A DNA stretch of 64,000 nucleotides from Methanocaldococcus indicus (GCF_049554935.1 NZ_CP186926.1:832001-896000); one strand, 5' to 3'; shown: positions 1 through 13,442, numbered from the stretch's first letter. Numbers and translations: made by a program. The notes: a model not told the origin generated them from the letters alone.

Positions 1-454
1 CTCTTCTAACTCTGGCCTTAGGTGCATTTATAATTTCTGAAGCTCTTTTTAAATTTCTAAATTCTTTTTCAACCCATGCATGAATTATCATTCTTCTACT
101 ACTCTTCCTTAAATGAAATCTTGGGTCTCCTTGGATGTATTTACTCATTGTCTTAAAATCACAAGTAGCAACTCTATAAACCTTAACAGCTCTATAAAAT
201 TTACCTTTTCTTGCTTTTATTACCACAGCTTCCTTCCCAGAGTTAATAATTCCTATATATTCAGTTAAATGCTTACCAACTAACAAATTAAATAGATTCA
301 TTAATGTTCTTTTGTCAAATATCTCATTAGCTGTCTTTAACTCTTCTAAAAATTTTCTTTCTCTTTCTATTAATTCTTGATATTCTTTGTCTATTTTAAA
401 TTCTTCTTTTCTTGTTAATAAATCTAAAAATTTATTATAGTCTATATTAGACAC
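1..454 (-). CDS. rio1: RIO1 family Ser/Thr kinase (5' part; runs off the window start)
   Basis: Not in ORF track. Manual translation from GTG at 454 gives ...IGIINSGKEAVV...AVKVYR...YIQGDPRF...WVEKEFRNL, typical RIO1 motifs; lies downstream of aIF-1A as in many archaea. Confidence 0.9.
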   Translation of the reverse strand, partial: MSNIDYNKFLDLLTRKEEFKIDKEYQELIERERKFLEELKTANEIFDKRTLMNLFNLLVGKHLTEYIGIINSGKEAVVIKARKGKFYRAVKVYRVATCDFKTMSKYIQGDPRFHLRKSSRRMIIHAWVEKEFRNLKRASEIINAPKARVRR

Positions 455-468
455 CTTAAATAATTTGT

Positions 469-786
469 TTATAATAATAGTTCATCTAAATAACCTTTTC
501 TTTTTAGCCATTCTACTTGTGTTTTTGTATATCTCCAAATAATATCACACTTTTCATCTCCTTGGACTACCCAAGGTTTAACAATAACAATATCCCCCTC
601 TTTTATCCATATTCTTCTCTTTAATCTTCCTGGAATTCTTGCTAATCTAACTTTCCCATCTAAGCATCTTACTCTCATTCTACTTGCCCCTAACATCTGC
701 TCTACTATACCTAAAATCTCATTTTCCTCTTTATTTGGAATTCTCACTCTAATTTGTTGTTCTTGCTGTTGTTCCAAGTTTATCAC
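469..786 (-). CDS. eif1a: Translation initiation factor aIF-1A
   Basis: [42 protein letters not shown] signature. Confidence 0.97.
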   Translation of the reverse strand: MINLEQQQEQQIRVRIPNKEENEILGIVEQMLGASRMRVRCLDGKVRLARIPGRLKRRIWIKEGDIVIVKPWVVQGDEKCDIIWRYTKTQVEWLKRKGYLDELLL

Positions 787-916
787 CCATACTTTGTTTT
801 TTAGTATTTTAGAAAATATTTTATATTATTTATACCTACTAATTTCATATCTCTAAGTATTCTCTAATTTATTAAAGATAATACTTTTGTCATTAAATAA
901 ATAATTTAATGATGTT

Positions 917-2002
917 ATGGGGGATTATACTATGCTATATGGTATTGTAGGAGCAGGATTGTCTGGGTCGGTAATATATTCATTATTAAAAAGAGAAGGT
1001 TTTAATATAAATATCTATGAGCCACTTTTAGTTAGAGGATGTAAAAGTTCATTATTTTTTATGAACAAAAAAGAGTATAGGTTAATAACATATTCTCTAA
1101 AAAAATGTGGTATTGACTTTAAGGACTATGTGACAAATGAAATTAATGAGATTCAAGTTGAAGATATCATAACAAACCCCAAGAAAAAAATATTTTGTGT
1201 AGATAAATCAAAATTACTTGAAGATTTAGTACCAAGAACTGTAATTATACATAGAGAGGTTTCTTTAGCATCTAACAAGTATGTAACTAAACTTTTGGAT
1301 GGTAAGATAGTTAGGGAAACTACAACAAAATCTGATTTAGATGAACCTGTTTTAATAGATGCATCAGGAGCAGCTAAGATATTAATCCCAAAATCAAATA
1401 AATATGAACAAACCATAAGAACATGTCAGTTTTTGGTTAAATCTCTAAAAAATATTGATAGAGTAATATTTGACAATATCAAAATTAAGAAAGGATACAA
1501 TATAGTTAATCATTATAGAATATATCCTGTTTCAAATGGACTATATCATATATGTACAATGCAGTATGAAAATGATGAAATAAAACTATGGAAGGATTTA
1601 GAAGATTATGGATATGAAAAACTTGGAAAATTTGAAAGAATATGTGGATGCACATTTAAAATATCTGGAAATCTTATAGATAATGGATTTATTTGTGGAA
1701 AATATAAAAATAGGTATATTTTTGGAGTTGGAGAGAGTATAGGTTTAACTGACTGTTTTGGTAATGGTAATACTTACGCAATTATTTCATCTTTTTTATT
1801 ATATAGAGCTCTAAAAAAATATGAACTTGAAAAAGCTCTTATAGCATATAAAAAAGAAATTTTAAAAATGTCCAAATATTTAGATGTTGAGAAGAAATCC
1901 ATTAGTAATTTCAATATTTTTACAATATCAAAAATACTACAATACTACTTTAATATACCATTTACATCAACAGCTAAAATATTAGTTAAATCAGTTATTT
2001 AA
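917..2002 (+). CDS. FAD/NAD(P)-dependent oxidoreductase, geranylgeranyl-reductase-like (start may be 932)
   Basis: N-terminal GAGLSG Rossmann motif, IDASG, GVGESIG motifs. Confidence 0.7.
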   Translation: MGDYTMLYGIVGAGLSGSVIYSLLKREGFNINIYEPLLVRGCKSSLFFMNKKEYRLITYSLKKCGIDFKDYVTNEINEIQVEDIITNPKKKIFCVDKSKLLEDLVPRTVIIHREVSLASNKYVTKLLDGKIVRETTTKSDLDEPVLIDASGAAKILIPKSNKYEQTIRTCQFLVKSLKNIDRVIFDNIKIKKGYNIVNHYRIYPVSNGLYHICTMQYENDEIKLWKDLEDYGYEKLGKFERICGCTFKISGNLIDNGFICGKYKNRYIFGVGESIGLTDCFGNGNTYAIISSFLLYRALKKYELEKALIAYKKEILKMSKYLDVEKKSISNFNIFTISKILQYYFNIPFTSTAKILVKSVI

Positions 2003-3094
<1,092 letters not shown>

Positions 3095-3100
3095 ATTTGC

Positions 3101-4027
3101 TCACTCAAATTCAATAGTTGCTGGTGGTTTATCAGTTATATCAAATACAACTCTTGCAACATTTGGGACTTCTGATGTTATTCTTTTAGATATCTTTTTT
3201 AATAAATCAAAAGGAATCTCAGGAACATGGGCAGTCATAGCATCTAAGGATTTAACCATTCTAACAGCAACTATCCAATTGTATTCTCTTTCATCTCCTT
3301 TTACACCTGTTGCTTTACAATCTAATACAGCAGCAAAGTATTGCCATAACTCTCTATCCAACCCAGCTTTTTTTACCTCTTCCTCAACAATAGCATTAGC
3401 TTCTCTACAAATGTTTAATTTTTCTTCTGTTATCTCTCCTAAAACTCTAACAGCCAAACCTGGCCCAGGGAATGGTTGTCTATAAACAATACTATCAGGA
3501 AGTCCTAACTCCTTAGCTAAAACTCTTACTTCATCTTTATAAAGTTCTCTCAATGGCTCAACAACTTCCAAAACCATTCCAGATGGAAGAGCTATATTAT
3601 GGTGACTCTTAATTTTCCCTTCTGTTTCTATCCAATCCGGAGCAATAGTCCCTTGAACTAAAACCTCTGCTCCAATATCCTTAGCTACTTCTTCAAAAAT
3701 TCTAATAAAGAGTTCTCCAATAATCTTCCTTTTTTCTTCTGGGTCCTTAACTCCTTTTAAAGCTTCTAAAAATTTATCTTTTGCATCAATAACAATTAAA
3801 TTTAGTTTATCTTTAAAAGCTTTTTCTACCTCTTCTCTTTCACCTTTTCTCATTAATCCAGTATCAACAAAAACAGCTGTTAAATTGTCTCCAATTGCTT
3901 TACTTGTCAATAAAGCAGCAACAGAACTATCTACTCCTCCACTTAATGCAATTATTGCTTTCCTATTTCCTATTTGTTTTTTTATTTCTTCTATACTCTC
4001 ATTTATAAATTCTTTTGGATTGAACAT
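3101..4027 (-). CDS. guaAB: GMP synthase subunit B
   Basis: [11 protein letters not shown]-loop, [28 protein letters not shown]. Confidence 0.97.
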   Translation of the reverse strand: MFNPKEFINESIEEIKKQIGNRKAIIALSGGVDSSVAALLTSKAIGDNLTAVFVDTGLMRKGEREEVEKAFKDKLNLIVIDAKDKFLEALKGVKDPEEKRKIIGELFIRIFEEVAKDIGAEVLVQGTIAPDWIETEGKIKSHHNIALPSGMVLEVVEPLRELYKDEVRVLAKELGLPDSIVYRQPFPGPGLAVRVLGEITEEKLNICREANAIVEEEVKKAGLDRELWQYFAAVLDCKATGVKGDEREYNWIVAVRMVKSLDAMTAHVPEIPFDLLKKISKRITSEVPNVARVVFDITDKPPATIEFE

Positions 4028-4030
4028 AGT

Positions 4031-4339
4031 TTATTCCTCCTTTAAATCTCCTCTACATGCTTTTAAATGTTTTAAAGCATTCTCTTCAAATTTTTCAGCT
4101 AAATTTTTTGGGCAATTTATCTCTTCTGATAGATATTTAGCTAAGCAAGTAGCTAACAACAAAATAGCTGCTTTTTGCTCACATTTTAATCTATATATGT
4201 GGTGTGGCTTAACATTTAATTTCTCATACAACTCTAAAATTTTTTTACAGTCATCAGATTCTTTAAAGTCATCTGGAACAATTTCATTTATAGTATATAT
4301 AAAGAATTGATGCAATCTCATTAGCTGCTCTTTATGCAT
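4031..4339 (-). CDS. UPF0058 family protein
   Basis: MHKEQL..LH and Y..L.V.P.HI.R.K.EQK.AI pattern. Confidence 0.8.
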   Translation of the reverse strand: MHKEQLMRLHQFFIYTINEIVPDDFKESDDCKKILELYEKLNVKPHHIYRLKCEQKAAILLLATCLAKYLSEEINCPKNLAEKFEENALKHLKACRGDLKEE

Positions 4340-4472
4340 TTGAATAACCTTTAATATTTTTAGACTTAAACTATATATGTCAAAAATTAATAATTTTTTC
4401 GGTTAATTAAAAATTTCTAATTATCCATTAACTTTATATAATAAATTCCTTAACTTTAATATAATAAATTGT

Positions 4473-4814
4473 GTGGTGATTATGTCATTTTTTCAGATTG
4501 TAGGGAAGAAAGGATGTATTGAAGTACTTTACAAAATTAAAGATGGAATTAATACATTTACACTTATAAAGAATAAGTTAGATTCTGAAGGTTTAAATCT
4601 TAGTACAAGAACACTATCAGAGAGGTTATCTGACTTAGAAAGGGAAGGTCTTATAAAAAAAATTCAAAATAAATATATCCTAACAAAAAAAGGAGAAGAA
4701 GCATTAGAAATTATAGAGTATATAATAGAATGGGAAAAAAGATGGGAAGAAGTAAAACTACCTAAAATTATTGTTAGTATGCTTGGAGATATATCCTCAG
4801 GTGAGAACAAATGA
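4473..4814 (+). CDS. HxlR-type winged-helix transcriptional regulator
   Basis: LSTRTLSERLSDLEREGLI..Y.LT.KG wHTH pattern. Confidence 0.85.
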   Translation: MVIMSFFQIVGKKGCIEVLYKIKDGINTFTLIKNKLDSEGLNLSTRTLSERLSDLEREGLIKKIQNKYILTKKGEEALEIIEYIIEWEKRWEEVKLPKIIVSMLGDISSGENK

Positions 4815-5572
4815 AGATTATAACATTTGGAATAGCAAAAGGAGGGACTGGAAAGACACTAATAACTGCTAATGTGGCATTAGCATTAGCTAATAGAAAT
4901 AAAAAAGTCCTCTTAATTGATTGTGATATTGGTTCAAAATCATTAACATATATATTTGATGTTAAGCCAAAATATACTCTATCAGAGGTTATAAATAAAA
5001 AAGAAAATATAAAAAAGGCAATTTATCCAACAAAATACAACAATATTGACATTATTTTAATGGGAGAGTCATTAGATGATTATGTAAATTTAAATATAGA
5101 TTTAGTTGATGAGATGAGTAAGTTGGATTATGACTATATCTTAATTGATGCACCAGCTACTTCAACAGGGATAGAGACATATATCTCATTAGGATTATCA
5201 GATTACTTTATTCCTGTTATTGACTATAATGCATTATCTCCAAGCCTACAGGGAGCAATAAATACTTTGATTATTGGAAAGAATTATTTGGAATGTAATC
5301 CAGCAGGATTTATTATAAACAATGCTGGAAATATACCAGAGTCAATAATAAAGGATATTGAGAAAATTTTAGGGGTTGAATGTATTGTAACAATCCCAAA
5401 ATTGTTAGTTTTAGAGCAGGCATATGAAAAGAAGATAATCCCATATAAATACAGTAGAGATTTTGGAAAATTAATAGATAAGATAGCAGATAAATTAGAG
5501 GAGTTAGAAGATATCAAAAAAAGAGGCCTACCAGAAGTTTTAAAAAAGATAAATGAAAATATCTTATTCTAA
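4811..5572 (+). CDS. MinD/ParA family ATPase
   Basis: Deviant Walker A KGGTGKT, LLIDCD, YILIDAP. Confidence 0.9.
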   Translation: MKIITFGIAKGGTGKTLITANVALALANRNKKVLLIDCDIGSKSLTYIFDVKPKYTLSEVINKKENIKKAIYPTKYNNIDIILMGESLDDYVNLNIDLVDEMSKLDYDYILIDAPATSTGIETYISLGLSDYFIPVIDYNALSPSLQGAINTLIIGKNYLECNPAGFIINNAGNIPESIIKDIEKILGVECIVTIPKLLVLEQAYEKKIIPYKYSRDFGKLIDKIADKLEELEDIKKRGLPEVLKKINENILF

Positions 5573-5583
5573 GGAGGAGATAA

Positions 5584-6192
5584 ATGAAGAAGTTGATAGT
5601 TATTGACTTTGACAGTACATTGGTTAATAATGAGACAATAGATGAATTAGCTAAAGAGGCAAATAAAGAGAAGGAAATTAAAGAGATAACTAAGTTGGCT
5701 ATGAATGGAAAGATAGATTATAGAGATTCTTTAATTAAGAGAGTTGAACTAATAAAAGGGTTAGATTTGGAGAAAGTTAATAGAGCAATAAGTAGGATAA
5801 CACTAACAAAAGGAGCAGAAGATGCAATAAAGGAATTAAAAAAAAGAGGTTATATTGTAGCTGTTGTTAGTGGTGGTTTTGATATTGCAATAAAAAAATT
5901 TAAAGATTTAGGAATTGACTATATTATAGCAAATGAACTAATTTTAAAAGACAATAAAGTTGTTGGAGTAAAAGAGAAAGTTATTGACAAAGGGAAAATT
6001 ATAGATAAACTTATGAAAAAAGAGAAAATAGATAAAGATAACATTGTTGTTGTTGGTGATGGAGCTAATGATTTAAGCATGTTTAAAAAAGCTGGATTGA
6101 GGATAGCTTTTTGTGCAAAACCTATATTAAAGAAGGAAGCAGACATAATTATTGAAAATAGAGATTTGAGGGAGATTTTAAAGTATGTTTAA
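5584..6192 (+). CDS. serB: Phosphoserine phosphatase
   Basis: DFDSTL HAD motif I, VSGGF, GDGAND. Confidence 0.96.
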   Translation: MKKLIVIDFDSTLVNNETIDELAKEANKEKEIKEITKLAMNGKIDYRDSLIKRVELIKGLDLEKVNRAISRITLTKGAEDAIKELKKRGYIVAVVSGGFDIAIKKFKDLGIDYIIANELILKDNKVVGVKEKVIDKGKIIDKLMKKEKIDKDNIVVVGDGANDLSMFKKAGLRIAFCAKPILKKEADIIIENRDLREILKYV

Positions 6193-6985
6193 ACATAAAA
6201 AAAAGTTAGGGCAGTGTTTTTTAAAAGATAAAAATTTTGTATATAAAGCAGTTGAATCTGCTAATATAACAGATAAAGATGTTGTTTTAGAAATAGGTTT
6301 GGGAAAGGGAATTTTAACAGAAGAACTTGCTAAAAGAGCAAAAAAAGTTTATGTTATTGAATTGGATAAATCTTTAGAGAGATATGCAAATAATCTAAAA
6401 GAAAGATATAGCAATATTGAGATAATTTGGAATGATGCTCTTAAAGTAAATTTAAATAAATTAGATTTTAATAAAGTTGTTGCTAACTTACCATATCAAA
6501 TTTCTTCTCCAATAACTTTTAAATTGTTAGATAGAGGTTTTGATTTAGCTGTTTTAATGTATCAATTAGAGTTTGCAAATAGAATGGTTGCAAAAGAAGG
6601 AACAAAAGACTATGGAAGATTAACTGTTGCTGTGCAATCTCTTGCTGATGTAGAATTATTATGTAAAGTTCCTCCATCAGCATTCTATCCAAAACCAAAA
6701 GTATCATCAGCATTAGTAAAAATAACTCCAAGAGAAAAGTATAAAATAGAGAATAAAGAATTTTTCAAAAAATTTTTAAGAGCTATTTTTCAACATAGAA
6801 ACAAATCACTAAGAAAAAGTTTAATTGACTCATCCAAAGAGTTTGGATTAGAAAAAAGTGAAATAAGAGAGATATTAGAAAAATTTATAAAAGAGGAGAA
6901 TGTTGATTTATCAAAGAAAGTTTTTTGTTATTCTGCTCCTGAACTTATTGAGATTTCTAACAAGTTAAGTAGGTATATAGAATGA
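6185..6985 (+). CDS. rsmA: 16S rRNA adenine dimethyltransferase
   Basis: [26 protein letters not shown]. Confidence 0.96.
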   Translation: MFKHKKKLGQCFLKDKNFVYKAVESANITDKDVVLEIGLGKGILTEELAKRAKKVYVIELDKSLERYANNLKERYSNIEIIWNDALKVNLNKLDFNKVVANLPYQISSPITFKLLDRGFDLAVLMYQLEFANRMVAKEGTKDYGRLTVAVQSLADVELLCKVPPSAFYPKPKVSSALVKITPREKYKIENKEFFKKFLRAIFQHRNKSLRKSLIDSSKEFGLEKSEIREILEKFIKEENVDLSKKVFCYSAPELIEISNKLSRYIE

Positions 6986-7437
6986 TTGTTGTAGTTGGTG
7001 GGACATTTGATAAACTCCATAAAGGACATAAAGAACTATTAAAATTTGCCTCAAAATTAGGAAAAAAATTGGTTGTAGGAATAACATCTGATGAATTTGC
7101 TAAAACATACAAAAAACATGAAATTGAACCTCTCACAATAAGAGTAAAAAATCTTAAAAAATTTTTAGATAGTGAAAATATAAACTATGAAATAAAAATT
7201 ATTGATAATCCTTTTGGAGATACTGTTGAGAATAAGAACTATGATATAATTGTAGTGACAGAAGAAACACTAAAAAATGCTAAAAAAATTAATGAATTAA
7301 GGATAAAAAAAGGACTAAAACCTTTAAAAATTGTTATTTTTGATTATATATTAGCTGAAAATGGAAAACCTATATCATCTACAAGAATAAGAAAAAAAGA
7401 GATAGATAGGAATGGAAAAGTTTATTCTCCTTTATAA
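6982..7437 (+). CDS. coaD: Phosphopantetheine adenylyltransferase (archaeal)
   Basis: [11 protein letters not shown] and ISSTRIR motifs. Confidence 0.93.
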   Translation: MIVVVGGTFDKLHKGHKELLKFASKLGKKLVVGITSDEFAKTYKKHEIEPLTIRVKNLKKFLDSENINYEIKIIDNPFGDTVENKNYDIIVVTEETLKNAKKINELRIKKGLKPLKIVIFDYILAENGKPISSTRIRKKEIDRNGKVYSPL

Positions 7438-8915
7438 TCCTTCATAATTTCACTTATATACATACTTAAACCACTAACAGCAGCAACAACTTCCTTTTTT
7501 CTTTCAAATACTTTGTCAGATAGAACTTTATACATATCTACAGTTTCAGCAACATATTTTTTGACCTTTGGCATCAATACAGATTTATGTTTTTCTATAT
7601 AGTGAGTAGATAAATTACCTTTTATAAAGTCCTCTTCTTCCATAATTGCTCTATGTAATGGAATATTTGTTTTTACTCCAATTATAACATACTCTTTTAA
7701 TGCCCTTCTCATCCTTGCTATTGCCTCTTCTCTATCTCTCCCATAGGTTATTAGCTTGGCTATTAAAGAATCATAGTATGGTGGTATCTCAACACCTCCA
7801 TGAGCTCCACTATCAATTCTAACTCCTGGCCCTCCTGGAGACCTATATAACCTAATCTTTCCTGGTGAAGGAACAAAGTCATTTAATGGGTCTTCTGCAT
7901 TTATCCTACATTGTATTGCATGCCCTCTAAATTCTATATCATCTTGTTTTAATGTTAATTTTTCTCCATCAGCCACTTTTATCATTGCCTTAACTAAATC
8001 AATTCCAGTTATTTGTTCTGTTACTGTGTGCTCAACTTGAATTCTTGTATTCATCTCTAAAAAATAGAATTTACCATCTTGGTATAGAAATTCCATAGTT
8101 CCTACACTATCATAATCAATTGCTTTAGCCCCTTTCTTAGCAGCTTCTCCCATTATTTCTCTCATTTCTTCATCAATTATTGGAGATGGGGCTTCTTCAA
8201 TTAATTTCTGTCTTCTTCTTTGTATAGAACATTCTCTTTCTCCTAAATGGACAATATTTCCATATTTATCAGCTAAGATTTGAATCTCTATATGTCTTGG
8301 ATTGTCTAAATATTTCTCAATAAATATTGTTGGGTCTCCAAATGCATTTTTAGCTAATGTCCTTGCAGATTCTATAACCTCCATTAACTCTTCCTTGTTG
8401 TGAGCAATACTTATACCAATCCCACCTCCACCAGCAGATGCTTTAACAGCAACAGGAAAACCTATTTGTTCAGCTATTTCAATTGCCTCATCTACATTCT
8501 CCACAGCCCCATCACTACCTGGAATTGTTGGAACTCCTGCCTTTTGCATAATCTTCTTAGCATTTATCTTACTTCCCATAGCTTCAATTGCATCTGGATG
8601 TGGCCCAATCCAGGTAAAACCTCTTTTCACCACTTCTCTTGCAAACTTAGCATTTTCAGCTAAAAAACCATATCCAGGATGTATAGCATCTACACCAGCT
8701 TTTTCAGCAACATTTAAAATAGCTTCCATATTTAAATAACTCTTAATAGCAGGAGCTTCTCCAATACAATAAGCTTCATCTGCCAAAGAAACATGTAAAG
8801 ATTTTCTATCTGCTTCAGAATAAACTGCTACTGTCTTAATCCCCAACTCCCAGCAAGCTCTTACAACCCTTATTGCTATTTCTCCCCTATTTGCAATTAA
8901 AACTTTTTCAAACAT
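7422..8915 (-). CDS. pycA: Pyruvate carboxylase subunit A (biotin carboxylase)
   Basis: [31 protein letters not shown]; paired with pycB. Confidence 0.96.
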   Translation of the reverse strand: MFEKVLIANRGEIAIRVVRACWELGIKTVAVYSEADRKSLHVSLADEAYCIGEAPAIKSYLNMEAILNVAEKAGVDAIHPGYGFLAENAKFAREVVKRGFTWIGPHPDAIEAMGSKINAKKIMQKAGVPTIPGSDGAVENVDEAIEIAEQIGFPVAVKASAGGGGIGISIAHNKEELMEVIESARTLAKNAFGDPTIFIEKYLDNPRHIEIQILADKYGNIVHLGERECSIQRRRQKLIEEAPSPIIDEEMREIMGEAAKKGAKAIDYDSVGTMEFLYQDGKFYFLEMNTRIQVEHTVTEQITGIDLVKAMIKVADGEKLTLKQDDIEFRGHAIQCRINAEDPLNDFVPSPGKIRLYRSPGGPGVRIDSGAHGGVEIPPYYDSLIAKLITYGRDREEAIARMRRALKEYVIIGVKTNIPLHRAIMEEEDFIKGNLSTHYIEKHKSVLMPKVKKYVAETVDMYKVLSDKVFERKKEVVAAVSGLSMYISEIMKDYKGE

Positions 8916-9027
8916 AAATATTCACCATCTATCATTCAATAAATTCTGTATAAAAATCAAAGTTCTTCAATTGGACTTAAAAATAAAATTTCAAAAATTT
9001 TTATATTTACATAAAAAATTAAATTAA

Positions 9028-10731
9028 TTATTTAATAATCATAATAACATCTCCAATATTCACAGTTTCTCCTTCCTCAATTAATATTTTTTCTACTATA
9101 CCATCTCTTGGGCTTTCAATTGGATGCTCCATTTTCATAGCTTCTACAATAGCTATAATATCTCCTTTTTTAACTGTATCTCCTTCTTTAACTTTAATTT
9201 TAGTTATCATACCTTTAACAGGAGATGTAACAGCTCCTTCAATATCTGCTTTAATTACCTCTCTCTTTCTCTTCAATTCTGTTCCTATTTTTGGCTCTAT
9301 TTTAACTTCAAATCTTTCTCCATCTACTTCAACAATATACTCTGTTGGAATATCTAAAATCTTCTCTATTTTCTTAGGTTGAGGTATAGGCTCAGCTTTT
9401 AATTCTCCTCTTAAAAACTTAACAGCTATTTGTGGGAACAATGCATAAGTTAATATATCTTCCTCTTTCTTAACAATTCCTAATTTTTCAGCCTCTTCTT
9501 TAACTTTTTCCCATTCTGGTTCTAATAAATCTGCTGGTCTGCAAGTAATTGGTTTTTCATCTTCATCTAAAACTCTTTTTAACAACTCCTTACTTATTGG
9601 AGCTGGTGGTTTTCCATATAATCCTTTAACATACTGAGCTACTTCATTAGTTATAATCTTATATCTTTCCCCAGTTAATACATTCATTACTGCCTGAGTT
9701 CCAACAATTTGAGAGATAGGGGTTACTAATGGTGGATATCCTAAATCTTTTCTTACTCTTGGAACTTCTTCTAAAACTTCATTTAATTTATCTAAAGCTC
9801 CTTGCTCTTTTAGTTGTGAGATTAGATTTGTGAGCATACCTCCTGGAATTTGGTAGTAGAGAGCTTTAGCATCTGGAATAAGTGCATGGTCTGGAATAAG
9901 AGCTTTATATTTCTCTCTAATTTTTAAGAAATAGTCTCTAATTTCTAAAAGTAAATCTAAATCTAAGTTAGTATCATACTTAGTTCCTTTTAAAGCTGCA
10001 ACTAAACTCTCAGTTGGGAAGTGAGATGTTCCCATAGATAGAGGAGATATAGCTGTATGAACAATATCTACTCCTGATTCAATTGCTTTCATTAATGAAA
10101 GTGGAGCTAATCCACATGTGCAATGGCTATGGAACTTAATAGGAAGTCCAACTTCTTTCTTTAAAGCTTTAATTAATTTTTCTGTTTCATAAGGAGTTAA
10201 TAATCCTGCCATATCTTTAATATCAATTACATCAACTTCTAAATTAGCCAATTCTTTTGCAAATTCTACAAACTTCTCAACTGTATGGACAGGACTTATG
10301 GTATAACATATACATCCATGAACTTCTGCACCTAATTTTTTAGCAGTTTTTATAGCTGTTTCCATATTTCTAATATCATTTAATGCATCAAAAATCCTAA
10401 ATATGTCTATTCCATTCTCCACAGCTTTTTCTATAAATTTTTCAACTATATCATCAGGATAGTGCCTATATCCAACTAAATTTTGTCCTCTTAAAAGCAT
10501 CTCCAAAGGTGTTTCTTTAATTTTTGATTTTAATGCCCTTAACCTTTCCCATGGGTCTTCATTTAAGTATCTTATACAGACATCAAAAGTAGCACCACCC
10601 CAAACTTCCATAGAGTAAAAACCTACTTCATCCATTTTCTCTGCAATAGGTAACATATCTTCTGTTCTTAACCTTGTAGCCATTAATGACTGTTGAGCAT
10701 CCCTAAATGTAACATCTGTTATTTTAACCAT
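9028..10731 (-). CDS. pycB: Pyruvate carboxylase subunit B
   Basis: RDAQQSL, WGGATFD, C-terminal biotinyl domain EAMKM. Confidence 0.96.
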   Translation of the reverse strand: MVKITDVTFRDAQQSLMATRLRTEDMLPIAEKMDEVGFYSMEVWGGATFDVCIRYLNEDPWERLRALKSKIKETPLEMLLRGQNLVGYRHYPDDIVEKFIEKAVENGIDIFRIFDALNDIRNMETAIKTAKKLGAEVHGCICYTISPVHTVEKFVEFAKELANLEVDVIDIKDMAGLLTPYETEKLIKALKKEVGLPIKFHSHCTCGLAPLSLMKAIESGVDIVHTAISPLSMGTSHFPTESLVAALKGTKYDTNLDLDLLLEIRDYFLKIREKYKALIPDHALIPDAKALYYQIPGGMLTNLISQLKEQGALDKLNEVLEEVPRVRKDLGYPPLVTPISQIVGTQAVMNVLTGERYKIITNEVAQYVKGLYGKPPAPISKELLKRVLDEDEKPITCRPADLLEPEWEKVKEEAEKLGIVKKEEDILTYALFPQIAVKFLRGELKAEPIPQPKKIEKILDIPTEYIVEVDGERFEVKIEPKIGTELKRKREVIKADIEGAVTSPVKGMITKIKVKEGDTVKKGDIIAIVEAMKMEHPIESPRDGIVEKILIEEGETVNIGDVIMIIK

Positions 10732-10849
10732 ACTATCCCCTACTAATTTTCTTAAATCAACAAAAAGAGATATTGTTAAAATTTTTGTAGTAAATATTAT
10801 ATATAAGTTATTATCTAATTTTTCACATATGTGATAAAATGGTGATATA

Positions 10850-11611
10850 TTGAATATAAAAATTGTTGTAGATAATATAACCTATACAGGATTAATAGGG
10901 GAGCATGGTTTATCTATAATTTTGGAAGATGACAAATATAAAATTTTATTTGACACTGGAAAAAGTGCAGAAGTTTTAGAGAATAATTTAAAGATGTTAG
11001 GTGAAAATAAAAAATTTGATTATATTGTTTTATCTCATGGGCACTATGACCATTGTAATGGTTTAAAATATATTATTAGAGAGAAGTTATATAACAAAAT
11101 ATTTGTTGGTGAGGGTAGTTTAATAGATAGATTTTATAATGGAAAATATATTGGAATAGCCAATGAGATAAAAGAGTTTTTAAAAAAAGAAGCTATATTT
11201 ATAGACAATCATATTAAAATAGATAATGATTTTTATATATTTAAGATAAATGAAAGAGAGTTCTGTTATGAGCCAGAGAATTTTGTTGATAAAGATGGAA
11301 ATATTGACTTAGTGTTAGATGAGATAGCCCTCTATTATAGAGGAGTTTTATTAACAGGATGTTCTCATTCTGGAATTATAAATGTTATTGAAACTGCTAA
11401 ACAATTTGGAGATATTAAATTTGTTGTAGGAGGTTTCCATTTGATAAATTCATCAGATAATTATTTAGATTTAGTTTATAACTATCTAAAACATCAAGAT
11501 TTTAATTTTATGCCTCTCCATTGTACTGGTTTTTATGCAATATCCAAGTTATCAAACTTAAAGAATTTTGTTTTAGGATATAGTGGTAAGATATTAAAGT
11601 TAGAGGGTTAA
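10850..11611 (+). CDS. Metallo-beta-lactamase fold hydrolase
   Basis: EHGLS, FDTG, SHGHYDH, GCSH, GGFHL, HCTG. Confidence 0.9.
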   Translation: MNIKIVVDNITYTGLIGEHGLSIILEDDKYKILFDTGKSAEVLENNLKMLGENKKFDYIVLSHGHYDHCNGLKYIIREKLYNKIFVGEGSLIDRFYNGKYIGIANEIKEFLKKEAIFIDNHIKIDNDFYIFKINEREFCYEPENFVDKDGNIDLVLDEIALYYRGVLLTGCSHSGIINVIETAKQFGDIKFVVGGFHLINSSDNYLDLVYNYLKHQDFNFMPLHCTGFYAISKLSNLKNFVLGYSGKILKLEG

Positions 11612-11612
11612 T

Positions 11613-12461
11613 ATGGAAGAACTAAAAAAGCCATTAATTGTAAGTATTTTTGGAAATATTGTTCTTTCAGTTATCAAAATTTTTGTAGGATATATATATA
11701 ATAGTATATCTTTGATATCTGACGGATTTCATTCTTTATCTGATGTAATAACCAGTATTATTGGATATTATGGAATAAAAATCTCACAGATGCCAGAAGA
11801 TGAAAACCATCCTTATGGACATAGTAGATTTGAGACACTATTTTCATTAATTATTGGATTAGCTTTGTTATTAACTGGATTTGAACTATTAAAGATGTCT
11901 ATTGATAAAATTATAAATATTGGGACTGTGGAGGTTAATGCCATAGTTCTTGGAGTTGCTATCTTGTCTATAATTATCAAAGAACTAATGACACAATACT
12001 CACTATATATAGGTAGGAAATACAACAACTCTATTTTAATAGCTGATGCATATCACCATAGAAGTGATGTTCTAAGTACAATAGTTGTTTTAGTTGGGTT
12101 AATTTTAGAAAAATTTGGATTTATATATGGTGATGGATTAGCAGGGGTTATTGTATCTTTAATGGTAGCTAAAGCAGCTATTGATATATGTAAAGATAGT
12201 ATAGACAAACTTACAGGAAAATCTCCTTCAAATGAAATATTGAATAAAATAAAAGAAACAGTTTTAAAAATAGATGGAGTAAAAGGTTATCATGACTTAA
12301 AAGCTCATTATGTTGGCCCTGATATATTTGTAGAGATACATGTTGAGGTTGATAAAGATTTAAGTGCAAAAGAACTGCATGATTTAGAGACAAAAATAAC
12401 AAAAGAGATTGAAAATATTAAAGGTATTAAAAGAGCATATGTGCATTTAGACCCTATTTAG
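11613..12461 (+). CDS. Cation diffusion facilitator (FieF-like) transporter
   Basis: SDGFHSLSD, HPYGH.RFE, ADAYHHRSD, C-terminal VHLDP. Confidence 0.94.
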   Translation: MEELKKPLIVSIFGNIVLSVIKIFVGYIYNSISLISDGFHSLSDVITSIIGYYGIKISQMPEDENHPYGHSRFETLFSLIIGLALLLTGFELLKMSIDKIINIGTVEVNAIVLGVAILSIIIKELMTQYSLYIGRKYNNSILIADAYHHRSDVLSTIVVLVGLILEKFGFIYGDGLAGVIVSLMVAKAAIDICKDSIDKLTGKSPSNEILNKIKETVLKIDGVKGYHDLKAHYVGPDIFVEIHVEVDKDLSAKELHDLETKITKEIENIKGIKRAYVHLDPI

Positions 12462-13159
12462 CCCCAAACTTTTTTAAAGTGTTCTAATGCCTCAACAATA
12501 TCCTTTAACTTACTAACAGGGAATGCCAAAATTAGTTCTTCATCTTTTATTTTTGCATATTTTCTTGAACCATTACATCCCAATGTCATATTTGGAGCTT
12601 TTCTTGTATATACTCCTGCAACTGCATCAGCACATAAGGACTGTATTCCTGCAAAATCTGCCTGGAATCTAACTCCTTGATGGTAGAGTATAGCTTGGAC
12701 TAATCTTAATGCTTTTTTAGGAACACCTATAAATAATACTGAATCTGGAACAAAGTCAATATCATCCAATGGAGCATATACTGTTGCATATATTTCTTCT
12801 TCAACTTTTGGAATTGCTTCAACTACTTTTTTAGCTACTTCTTCATCTTTGTAGTTTCCTAATTTAACATACAATTTTCCAGTTGCTAATGGTTCTGGAG
12901 GATTTCTAAATATACCTAAGGCATAAGCTCCTCCTTTACATAGATGTTTCTCAACTGTTGCATAGAATTTTTTTCTTTCTAATCTTGCTATTTGTATCAT
13001 TTCACAGTGTCTTTTCTCCTCTTCTATTTCATTGTATCCAGAAGGTATTTCATCTTTATTTTTAGCTAATTTTACTCCTACTAATGGAGTATCTAAATCT
13101 AACAATTCCATAACTTTTTTTGCTAATTCTCTTATTTCATTTATTTCCATCAGTATCAC
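12458..13159 (-). CDS. DUF169 family protein
   Basis: RHCEM, C..GA.ALG, QSLCAD, LGCNGSR cysteine motifs. Confidence 0.85.
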   Translation of the reverse strand: MILMEINEIRELAKKVMELLDLDTPLVGVKLAKNKDEIPSGYNEIEEEKRHCEMIQIARLERKKFYATVEKHLCKGGAYALGIFRNPPEPLATGKLYVKLGNYKDEEVAKKVVEAIPKVEEEIYATVYAPLDDIDFVPDSVLFIGVPKKALRLVQAILYHQGVRFQADFAGIQSLCADAVAGVYTRKAPNMTLGCNGSRKYAKIKDEELILAFPVSKLKDIVEALEHFKKVWG

Positions 13160-13304
13160 CTGTTAATTGTTGTGTATAACTTATGAACATAAGACTATCT
13201 ATCCCAATTGATATATAAAATTTTCTATTTAATTTAAACCATAAAATTTATATACTTGTTTTGATAATATTTATTACGCGTCGTTATGGCTCTTTTATAG
13301 TCGT

Positions 13305-13381
13305 GGGCTCGTGGTCTAGCTGGCTATGATGCCGCCCTGACACGGCGGTGGTCGGGAGTTCGAATCTCCCCGAGCCCACCA
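13305..13381 (+). tRNA. tRNA-Val(GAC), CCA encoded
   Basis: Acceptor stem GGGCTCG/CGAGCCC, anticodon arm CCGCC-CT GAC AC-GGCGG, T-loop GTTCGAATC, 3' ACCA. Confidence 0.97.
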
Positions 13382-13442
13382 TTTTCGTATTATTTGATTA
13401 TTTGATTAATCTTTTTATCGTTATTTTTTTGTTGTATCTATA

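Noticed and set aside
4473-5572. wHTH + MinD/ParA pair as a partition system
   Set aside because: No centromere-like repeats seen nearby; embedded in a housekeeping operon
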